DNA of 64,000 nucleotides, taken from NCBI GenBank assembly GCA_964534375.1, contig CAZHPN010000007.1, forward strand, positions 66 to 64,065, read 5' to 3'. Origin of the DNA: an uncultured bacterium (GTDB lineage: Bacteria; Lernaellota; Lernaellaia; Lernaellales; Lernaellaceae). The notes under the pieces are model-generated. The model searched no databases. It was not told the DNA's origin and saw only the letters and a program-made list of their open reading frames with translations. Numbering within the stretch: the stretch's first letter is position 1; each line of letters starts with the position of its first letter. Of the stretch, positions 8,148-16,201 are shown one piece after another. The position numbers were made by a program, and so were the translations under genes.

Positions 8148-10238
8148 CTAGATCGATTTGCACCACCGTTCGAGCGTCTTACGGACCATAATCGGATCCA
8201 GCGGCTTGGCGATGTAGTCGTCCATCCCGGCCTCCAGACATTTCTCGCGCGCCCCTTGCAGCGCATGCGCGGTCATCGCGACGATCGGCACGCGGCGGCC
8301 GTCCGCTTCGGTTTTCCGAATTTCCGCCGTCGCTTCGTAGCCGTCCATCGTCGGCATGCTCGCGTCCATAAAGACGATGTCGAACGCATCCCGCCGGAGC
8401 CGCTCGACGGCTTCGCGACCGTCGGCCGCCATCTCGACTTTGCACCCGAGAATTTCCAGCAGCTTTCGGGCGACAATTTGATTGATGGCGTCGTCCTCGA
8501 CCACCAACACGCGGATTCCAAAGCGACGCGGCGCGGCGGCGGCAACCGGCGGTTTCGCCGGCGGGCGGGCCGCTTCGCGCCCGCGGCGCGCGTCCCACGT
8601 CGTCGACAAGACCTCCGCCAGCAGCGATTGGCGCAGCGGCTTGGATACATAGGCGTCAAAACCGAGGTCCTGGATGCGCTTGATGCCGGCCAACTGCGCC
8701 AGCGACGCCGCGAGCAGCAGCAGCACGCCCTTGAGCTCCGGATTGGCTTTGATCGCGCGCGCCAACGTCATGCCGCCGCGGTTCGGCAATTCGAAATCGA
8801 CGATGGCGATGGCATACGGATCGGCGGCCCGCGCCGCGGAAAATAGCTCGTCAAGGGCCTCGTCGGCGGCGGCGACGGCGTAGGCGCGGATCTTCTGACT
8901 GGTCAATTCATCGACGAGAATCCGCTGATTCGCCGGATTGTTCGCGACGACCAACACGCGTTTGCCCGCCAGATCGGCGACCGGCGGCGCGGCGCCGTTC
9001 GGGGCCGGCGCCGGCGGCAGCGGCAGGACGACGTCGAAAACCGAACCGGCGCCGACGCGGCTTTGCACCGCGATGCGCCCGTGCATCAAATCGACCAGGC
9101 GCTTGGTGATCGCCAAACCCAGGCCGGCGCCGCCGAGGGCGCGGACGCCGGCGCCACCGCCCTGCGCGAATTTCTCGAACAACCGCGCCATCAGCTCCGG
9201 CTCGATGCCGATGCCCGTGTCGGTGACACGGATGTGAAAGCCGGCCACGGCGTCCGCGGGGGTGTAGCGAATTTCCACGGTGACGCCGCCTTCGCGGGTG
9301 AATTTTACGGCGTTGCTCAGGAGATTCGTCAAGATTTGCCGGACCCGCAGACTGTCGCCGGCGACCCAGCGCGGCGCGTCGGGCGCGTAATGCAGCGTGA
9401 TCTCGAAGCCCTGTTCCTCGGCGCGGCCGGCCAGCATCTGCGCGACCTCTTCGGCGGTGGCCTGCAAATCGAACGGCGCCGGTTCCAGTTCGAGGCGGCC
9501 CGCCGCGATGCGGGAATAGTCGAGGACGTCGTTGATCACCGCCAGCAGCGCCTCAGACGAGCGAAACGCCAACTCGGCAAATTCCCGCTGCTGCACCGAT
9601 AAATCAGCGCCGAGCAGGAAGCGCAGCATGTTGATGACGCTGTTGAGCGGCGTGCGAATCTCGTGGCTCATGTTCGCGAGAAAATCGTTCTTGGCGTTGT
9701 CGGCCTGCGCGGCCCGCGCCATCGCCCCCAACAAATCCGTTTCGGTCTGCTTGCGGCGCGCGATTTCCTGGTGCAACGCCTCGTTGGCCTCGGTGAGTTG
9801 CTGCGTGCGGCGTTCGACCTGCTCTTCCAGATCTTTTCGATGCGAGGCCAATTCCGTTTCCGCGCGCCGCGTCGCCGTCACGTCGTGGACGTGCGAGATG
9901 GTGCCGCGCAGCCGCAGGGCCGGCGCATCCAGAATGTTCAAGTTCCATTCCAGGATTTTCCGAGCGCCGTCCGCGTTGACGAACGTTCGTTCGCCCCCCC
10001 ACCGCCCGTCGCGCCGCAACGCCCGCTTGGCCTCGAGATACGACGCTTCCGGATCGGGGGCGCCGAACAACTGCGAGACAAAGGCGCCGACGGCTTTTTC
10101 CGCGGGGATGCCCAGCAAATCTTCGGCCGCGGCATTGAGAAAAACGAGACGGTCGTCATCGTCGGCGACCAGAATCGGCTCGTCGACGGAGTAGACCGAA
10201 GCGAGCACGGAGACTTCTTTTTTTGCGACAACGTCCAT
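8148..10238 (-). CDS. Hybrid sensor histidine kinase (PAS-HisKA-HATPase-REC-REC)
   Basis: FLANMSHEIRTPLN, QILTNLLSNAVKFT, DTGIGI, GAGLGLAI; receivers AIVDFELP and VFMDASMP..DG. Confidence 0.93.
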   Translation of the reverse strand: MDVVAKKEVSVLASVYSVDEPILVADDDDRLVFLNAAAEDLLGIPAEKAVGAFVSQLFGAPDPEASYLEAKRALRRDGRWGGERTFVNADGARKILEWNLNILDAPALRLRGTISHVHDVTATRRAETELASHRKDLEEQVERRTQQLTEANEALHQEIARRKQTETDLLGAMARAAQADNAKNDFLANMSHEIRTPLNSVINMLRFLLGADLSVQQREFAELAFRSSEALLAVINDVLDYSRIAAGRLELEPAPFDLQATAEEVAQMLAGRAEEQGFEITLHYAPDAPRWVAGDSLRVRQILTNLLSNAVKFTREGGVTVEIRYTPADAVAGFHIRVTDTGIGIEPELMARLFEKFAQGGGAGVRALGGAGLGLAITKRLVDLMHGRIAVQSRVGAGSVFDVVLPLPPAPAPNGAAPPVADLAGKRVLVVANNPANQRILVDELTSQKIRAYAVAAADEALDELFSAARAADPYAIAIVDFELPNRGGMTLARAIKANPELKGVLLLLAASLAQLAGIKRIQDLGFDAYVSKPLRQSLLAEVLSTTWDARRGREAARPPAKPPVAAAAPRRFGIRVLVVEDDAINQIVARKLLEILGCKVEMAADGREAVERLRRDAFDIVFMDASMPTMDGYEATAEIRKTEADGRRVPIVAMTAHALQGAREKCLEAGMDDYIAKPLDPIMVRKTLERWCKSI

Positions 10239-10394
10239 GGCCTGGCGATTCTCCGCACAAAATATTTATCGCGCCTCGACCGGCACGTTCCATGGTGAAA
10301 GATTCTGCGGTGTTCTTCCGCGGCCGAAGCGCCCAACCAGCAACCGAGCGCCATTATACATTCCCGGCGGCGAAGGAAAAGACGCCGGGCGCCC

Positions 10395-10805
10395 CTATTT
10401 TTTGACGAACGTCGTCGCCTCGATCGCGCGGAGCCCGACGCGTACGGCGACGGCGACCCCGCGCCGCAAGCCGTCCGCCAGTTCGAATTCTTCGACGGCC
10501 CGGCGTTCCGGTTCGCTCAATCCGAGCCAGACCACGCCAGGCAGAAACCGCTCCGGTTCGTCGGGCGACGGCAGCATGAACTGCACCGCGCGGCCGTCGA
10601 CTTGTTGGCGTTCCCAGCCAAAGCCCACGGCGATCGCCGGCGCAAACGACGCCTCGCGGCCGACCAGCGCGGCCATTTTCACCGGGTTCTGCAAGGAACC
10701 GCAAACAAACACGCGGGCGCCGTCGGCGAATAAGTCGCGGCCGCCGTCGCCCGCCGCGACAAAAATCAGAACATTGGCCGGTTCGTCGTAAACGGGCGTG
10801 TGCAC
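10395..10805 (-). CDS. Gamma-glutamylcyclotransferase (AIG2-like) family protein
   Basis: VFVCGSLQNP resembles the FVYGTL motif; GVVW...VEEFE; 136 aa; start uncertain. Confidence 0.6.
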   Translation of the reverse strand: MHTPVYDEPANVLIFVAAGDGGRDLFADGARVFVCGSLQNPVKMAALVGREASFAPAIAVGFGWERQQVDGRAVQFMLPSPDEPERFLPGVVWLGLSEPERRAVEEFELADGLRRGVAVAVRVGLRAIEATTFVKK

Positions 10806-10823
10806 GCGTTGCCGCTCCAGATT

Positions 10824-12131
10824 CTATTCGCCGGCGGCCGGCAATTCGACGACTCCCGGCGTTGTCGCCGCGTCGTACACTTTGTCACGCAGGCGAAACG
10901 CGGAGATCGTTTCCGCGACGCCGAGACGTCGCACGAGCCGGCCGCCGACTGCGCCGACAAACTCGGCCGCGGCGGCGCGATAAACTTCGGCCCAATCGCC
11001 GGTCATGCCCGATTCGATGCCGATCGTATATGCCGAGCGGCCGGCGCGCACGGCCAGCGGCGGCTCTTGGGTCGTCTCGGCCATGCCGCGCCGCAGCCAG
11101 ATGACGCCGTCGGTGCCGGCCACCTCGACCTGCAAATCGTGCGGATAAAACGCCGACCGCACGTGCATGTCCGGCGCGTACGCGCACTCGAGCGCGCCGA
11201 CCCGGCCCGCCGCGGCGAACCGCACGCCGATCAGGGCCTGGCCGCCCGCGCCGTCCATCGGGCCGACGTAGGCCGCCAGCCGCGCCGCCGGCCCGCCGAG
11301 AAACGTCAGCAACGGAAAATGGTCGAACGCCGGGTGCCGCAACGGCCAGTCGCCGAACGGCGGCGCCAGCGACAGCGCGGCGCCCTTGCCGCCGAGAACG
11401 GCGCGCACGCGAACGGTCGTCAACTCGCCGATTTCGCCGGCCGCGAGCAGTTCCCGCAACCGCACCGCGGGCGCGAAATACAAATAGGAATAGAACAACC
11501 GCACCGGGACGCCGCGACTCTGGGCATCGGCGAAGAGCGCCGCGACCGTCGCCGCATCCGCCGCCGGGCCGGCGTGCAGCGACACGGCTGCGCCCGCGGC
11601 CATCGTCTGGCGCGCGAGGTCCGCCGCTTCCGGCCGATCCAGCGCGATCTCGACGCCGTCGGCCGGCTCGCCCGCCGGCACGATGCGGCAATCCGGCCGC
11701 GCCGCATAGGCGTCGCGCAGAAAGGGAAATTCCCAGTGCTCGCCGGCAAAGGCGATGCGCGCCGGCGCCGCGGCCTGTCGCCCGGGGAACGCCGCGACGG
11801 CGGCAAAGGTCGGCGCGGCGGGCGCCGGCGCTTCGACGTGATGCCGCAGCACGCCTTGCAGCACGGCGCGAAACTGCGGGCCCCGGGCTTCCAAGATGAT
11901 GCGGCGCACGGCCTCGCGGCCCTTCGGGTCGTCGCGGAGCAGGTCGCGCAACTCGCGCAATTGCCCGACGTCCGCCTTCCCTTTCGTCGTCGCTTGCATG
12001 ACGCGCTCGGCGCCGTTCAGCAGAGCAATCAGCGCCCTCGCCGGCAACCGCGCCGCGAGCCGCGCCATGCGCCACGCGCACCACGCCGCCGCCTGCCGCA
12101 ACGCCCGCGCTCCGCGGTTTACCTTAGGCAT
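10824..12131 (-). CDS. Gfo/Idh/MocA-like protein with extra N-terminal helical domain and degenerate NAD-binding fold
   Basis: C-terminal half is homologous to the upstream Gfo protein (GEIGELTTVRV; VEVAGTDGVIWL); no GxGxxG or EKP motif. Confidence 0.7.
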   Translation of the reverse strand: MPKVNRGARALRQAAAWCAWRMARLAARLPARALIALLNGAERVMQATTKGKADVGQLRELRDLLRDDPKGREAVRRIILEARGPQFRAVLQGVLRHHVEAPAPAAPTFAAVAAFPGRQAAAPARIAFAGEHWEFPFLRDAYAARPDCRIVPAGEPADGVEIALDRPEAADLARQTMAAGAAVSLHAGPAADAATVAALFADAQSRGVPVRLFYSYLYFAPAVRLRELLAAGEIGELTTVRVRAVLGGKGAALSLAPPFGDWPLRHPAFDHFPLLTFLGGPAARLAAYVGPMDGAGGQALIGVRFAAAGRVGALECAYAPDMHVRSAFYPHDLQVEVAGTDGVIWLRRGMAETTQEPPLAVRAGRSAYTIGIESGMTGDWAEVYRAAAAEFVGAVGGRLVRRLGVAETISAFRLRDKVYDAATTPGVVELPAAGE

Positions 12132-13215
12132 GGAGCGCCTCCTTCACGATCGCGTCGGTCACCTCGTCGGGCCGCACTTCAACGCCCCGGCGCGCCGCGA
12201 CGATCAGCGCGAAGGCGAACCGCAGCACCTCCAGCGCGCGCTCGCCCGTGAGCAATGTGTCGCGGTTCTCCAGGATCGCCCTCGGGAAATCGCGGATGCC
12301 CGCGGTGAAGCTGGCCTGCCAATCCGCGTCCAGGTCTTCGAACAGCGTCCGGCGGCCGTCGCGCCGCAAGATGAGCGCCGGCTGGTCGGCCATCTGGCCC
12401 GTGCAGCGCGTCAACTCGATCGCGCCGCGCGTGCCGACGATCTCGACGCGCTCGTCGGCGCCGAAATACTTCGAATGCGTGTAGAGGTTCGGCTGGAACG
12501 CGATATCGAAGCCGCCGAGCGTGCGGCGGTCTTTGTATTGCCAGATCAACTGCGCCGGCTCGTCGATAAAGGCGAACGAGCGGTCGATGAATCCCTTCAC
12601 CGCCGCAATCGCGCCTATGAAGTGGATCGCCAGCGATAATTTGTGATAGCCGTCGTCGAACACCGCCTGGCCGCGGCCCTGCTCGATTTCGAGCAGGTGC
12701 CACATCTCCGAGCGCAGCGCCGGCGCCCGCGCGCCGAACAACCCCGTGCCGAGCTTGAAGCGGATCGTCAGCGGCTCGCCGATTTCGCCGGCGTCGAGCA
12801 GTTCCTTCGCCCGGACGTAGGGCGGATAGAACACGAAGTTTTCGATCACGCGAAACTTGCCCTGGGCGGCGCGCGCCGCCGCGACCATTTCCTCCGCTTC
12901 GGCGATGCTCGTGGAAATCGGCTTCTGGCAGGCGACGTGTTTGCCGGCCGCCAGCGCCTCAACCGTCAACTTCTTGTGCAAATGGTGCGGCGTGTTGATC
13001 TCGACGATGTCGATGCCGGGGTCGGCCAGCGCCTCGCGGTAGTCGGTCGTGGTTCGCGCCACGCCCCACTCGGCCCGCCGTCGTTCGAGCAGCGCCGGGT
13101 CGACGTCGCACAGCAACGCCAGTTCGGCCAGGTCGAAATCCTTGTACGCGGGAACGTGCAACATCGTGATGTCGCCGACGCCGATCATCGCGACGCGCAG
13201 CCGCCGGTCGCCCAT
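12124..13215 (-). CDS. Gfo/Idh/MocA family oxidoreductase
   Basis: VAMIGVG Rossmann start, INTPHHLH, HVACQKP, GEIGEP; 3' end overlaps the next gene start. Confidence 0.9.
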   Translation of the reverse strand: MGDRRLRVAMIGVGDITMLHVPAYKDFDLAELALLCDVDPALLERRRAEWGVARTTTDYREALADPGIDIVEINTPHHLHKKLTVEALAAGKHVACQKPISTSIAEAEEMVAAARAAQGKFRVIENFVFYPPYVRAKELLDAGEIGEPLTIRFKLGTGLFGARAPALRSEMWHLLEIEQGRGQAVFDDGYHKLSLAIHFIGAIAAVKGFIDRSFAFIDEPAQLIWQYKDRRTLGGFDIAFQPNLYTHSKYFGADERVEIVGTRGAIELTRCTGQMADQPALILRRDGRRTLFEDLDADWQASFTAGIRDFPRAILENRDTLLTGERALEVLRFAFALIVAARRGVEVRPDEVTDAIVKEALHA

Positions 13216-13272
13216 GGGGTTCTCCCGGAGAAGAGGATGTGGCGATGTTATGAGAAGACGGCGGCCGGCGTC

Positions 13273-13409
13273 AAATTCGGAACTCGGAATGCGGAATGCG
13301 GAATGCGGAGTGAACGGGCGTGGAGTTAGTGTGTCTGTCCTGGCCTAGCCGGGCGACGGACGGGTGTGGCGTCAACGATCCCATAAGTCCCATAACTCCC
13401 ATGACTCCC
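13273..13409. repeat. Composite intergenic element: 7-mer array plus 9-mer array
   Basis: AAATTCG GAACTCG GAATGCG GAATGCG GAATGCG (13273-13307); TCCCATAAG TCCCATAAC TCCCATGAC (13379-13405). Confidence 0.9.
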
Positions 13410-13446
13410 GTTAAAAACCCACCGCGCCGGCGATGCCCGGCTGCCT

Positions 13447-14820
13447 TCACAGCGAATCGATCTTCAGCCATTCGCCCGTCGCGCGAGGCAGCGTGACGGT
13501 GATCGTCGTGCCGACGTTCTCGACGCTTTCCACGTCGACCTCGCCGTGATTTTGGCGAACCATGTTCCGCACGATCGCCAGCCCCAGGCCGGTGCCGTGT
13601 GCCGTGCGTTCCTTCGCGTTGGTGGCGCGGAAGAATTCGGTGAAGAGGCGCGCGCGGTCTTTTTGCGGAATGCCGATGCCGGTGTCGGCGATCGCCAGGC
13701 GCACGCGGCTGTCGTCGGCGGACGCCCGGACCTTCAGGCGGCCGTCGTCGCGGTTGTATTTGACGGCGTTGCTGATCAGGTTGCTGGCCACCGTCTTCAC
13801 GTCGTCCGGATCGGCCAGGGCGATCGCCTCCGGATCGAGGTCGAGATCGACCGCCAGGCGCCGTTCCTCGATTTGCGGGCGGTAGGCCTCGATCGTCCTT
13901 TCCACGACGGCCTTGAGCGGCACGGGTTGGTTTTGAAATTCGACGCGGCCGGCGCGCTCGATGGTCAGCAGGTCCTGCAACAATTCCATCAACTGGTCCA
14001 GCCGTACGCCGACCCGGCGCACGCCGTCCTGCTGCTTCTCGCCGAGCGGGCCGAAGGCGCCGGCGCCCATGATGCGGATGATCGATTGCGCCGCGGCGAT
14101 CGGGCTGCGCAATTCGTGGGTCATCGACCGGCGATACAGTTCGCGTTTTTTTTCGGACTCGATCAGTTCGTCCATGGTGCGCTTGTAGCGGACCTGCAAT
14201 TCACGTTCTTCGTTTTCGGCGGCGCGCACGCGATCGATGATCATCGTCGTCAGCCAGATCAAGCCGGCCCACAACACCGCGCAGCCGGCGAGCACGCCGA
14301 AGATGAACCCCCGGTCGCGGTAGAGCCCGTCGACGGCCGGCGCGAACAACGGCCAGTGCGGCAGCCAGCCGAAATATTCGGTGAGGAACAACACGCACAG
14401 GATGAACCAGAGAAAGGCGACGATGCGGATCACTTTCGGCCGCTTGAAGAAGATGCAGGCCATCACGATGTGGATCGAATAGAACCAGACGATCGGTGAG
14501 AGCACGCCGCCGGTGTAATGAACGAGCGCCGTGATGGCGAGAAAATCGAGGAACATCTGCAGGCCGGCGAACCGCAGCAGTTCGGCGATGGTCCCCGGGT
14601 TCAGGCGTTTGTCCCGCCACCAGAGGTAGCCGTTGCAGACGACGATCCCCGCGGCGATTTGCGTCAGCGCCGATAGCGAAATCGGCAGCCCGAACGCCGC
14701 TTTGAAAAACGCGCCGCCGAGCACGATCACGATCGGCGGAACCCACCGGACGCGCGTAAACGTCCGCATCGCGAGCGAAAGCTGCTGCTCCAACGGCAAG
14801 TGAATGGTCGAGGCGTACAT
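13447..14820 (-). CDS. Membrane sensor histidine kinase
   Basis: Multiple N-terminal TM helices; MTHELRSP, NLISNAVKYN, DTGIGI, GTGLGLAI; start may be 14874. Confidence 0.9.
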   Translation of the reverse strand: MYASTIHLPLEQQLSLAMRTFTRVRWVPPIVIVLGGAFFKAAFGLPISLSALTQIAAGIVVCNGYLWWRDKRLNPGTIAELLRFAGLQMFLDFLAITALVHYTGGVLSPIVWFYSIHIVMACIFFKRPKVIRIVAFLWFILCVLFLTEYFGWLPHWPLFAPAVDGLYRDRGFIFGVLAGCAVLWAGLIWLTTMIIDRVRAAENEERELQVRYKRTMDELIESEKKRELYRRSMTHELRSPIAAAQSIIRIMGAGAFGPLGEKQQDGVRRVGVRLDQLMELLQDLLTIERAGRVEFQNQPVPLKAVVERTIEAYRPQIEERRLAVDLDLDPEAIALADPDDVKTVASNLISNAVKYNRDDGRLKVRASADDSRVRLAIADTGIGIPQKDRARLFTEFFRATNAKERTAHGTGLGLAIVRNMVRQNHGEVDVESVENVGTTITVTLPRATGEWLKIDSL

Positions 14821-15040
14821 CACTCCCCCGCCGCGCGCGGCTGCGCGATGGAAGATATTTAACAATGGTAACATGACACTTTCGCCGGCGGCAATCAAAT
14901 TGTACGACTTGCGCCCTATTTGCGTGAAAGGCGCAATTCCTGCGCCGATCCTCCGAAATCGGTCTTTTCAACCCGGGGCGCGTGCGAGTAATATCGGGGC
15001 GAATCAACGAGCGGTCCAAATCATTCCTTGGGGGTGCGCG

Positions 15041-16147
15041 ATGAAAGTCCTGTTTTTAGGCGGCGCGGGCGACATGGCCGTCGAGGCCTTGCGCGAGTTG
15101 AACCGGGAGGCGAAACGGGTCGAACTGGTCACGATCGTCGATCTCGATCCGGAGAAGGCGCGGAAGAAGGTCGGCGACCTGGGTCTGGCGATCAAAACCG
15201 AAATCGAAGGCCACGACCTCTTCGACCGCGATTGGCTGGTCGCCAAGGCCGGCGATCACGACGTCGTGCTGAATTTCGCGGGGCCGTTTTACACCACCGA
15301 GAAGTACGCGGCGGAAGCGGCGCTGGCGGCCAAAAAACCCTATGTCTCGATTTCCGACGACTACGACGCCTACCTCGAGATCGTCAAGCTCGACGATGAG
15401 GCGCGCAAGGCGAACGTCAAACTGCTGACCGGTTGGGGCAACAGCCCGGGGTTGACGCAAATTCTGGCGCGCAAAGGATACAACAGCATGGACAAATGCC
15501 GCCGGATCAACGTCAACTGGGCGGCCGGCAGCAACGAAGACGTGGGCGCGACCAACCTGATGCACCTGTTCCACATTTTCCACGGCACGACGCTGCAGAC
15601 CTTCCGCGGCAAGGAAATTCCGGTGAAGACCGGCGAAGGGCGGAAGATGGTCGAGTTCCCGTATCCGATGGGTTGGCTGCCGGTCTATTACACCGGCCAC
15701 GCCGAAAGCGTCAGCCTGCCGCGCAATCTCGCCGGGCTCGAAGAGGCGACGCTGCACGGCGGCGTGCAGCCGCCCTACATTCCGACGCTGCTCAAGACGA
15801 TCGAAAAAACGGGTTTGTTCAACACCCACGAACGGCGGCGCAAGGCGGCGACCTTCTTCCACAAGGTCGAGGGCGTCTTCGCCTCGGGCGGCCTCGACAA
15901 ATCGGTCGGCCGCGTCGACGTGTACGGCGTGCATCAGGGCAAGGCCGTGTATCGCTACTACACATACATCGGCCATATCGCGGAACTGACCTCGTTGCCG
16001 GCCGTCCAGGCTTGTTTCTGGTTGGTCGACGGCAAGTTCGCCGACAAACCGGGCGGCGTCTACAGCGGCGAGCGAATTCTCGTCAACCCGGATCCGTTCC
16101 TCGAAGAACTGATCTCGCGGGGCTTGGAAATCTACTACTACGAATAG
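15041..16147 (+). CDS. Saccharopine dehydrogenase-like NAD(P)-binding oxidoreductase
   Basis: MKVLFLGGAG, VLNFAGPF, YVSISDD, GWGNSPGLT, HAESVSLPR. Confidence 0.85.
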   Translation: MKVLFLGGAGDMAVEALRELNREAKRVELVTIVDLDPEKARKKVGDLGLAIKTEIEGHDLFDRDWLVAKAGDHDVVLNFAGPFYTTEKYAAEAALAAKKPYVSISDDYDAYLEIVKLDDEARKANVKLLTGWGNSPGLTQILARKGYNSMDKCRRINVNWAAGSNEDVGATNLMHLFHIFHGTTLQTFRGKEIPVKTGEGRKMVEFPYPMGWLPVYYTGHAESVSLPRNLAGLEEATLHGGVQPPYIPTLLKTIEKTGLFNTHERRRKAATFFHKVEGVFASGGLDKSVGRVDVYGVHQGKAVYRYYTYIGHIAELTSLPAVQACFWLVDGKFADKPGGVYSGERILVNPDPFLEELISRGLEIYYYE

Positions 16148-16173
16148 GTCGCGATCGCGCGGCGGAAACGGAC

Positions 16174-16201
16174 GGGCGGGCGTGATGCCCGCCCTTTTTT
16201 T
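16174..16201 (+). terminator. Intrinsic terminator
   Basis: GGGCGGGC-GTGAT-GCCCGCCC followed by T7. Confidence 0.9.
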
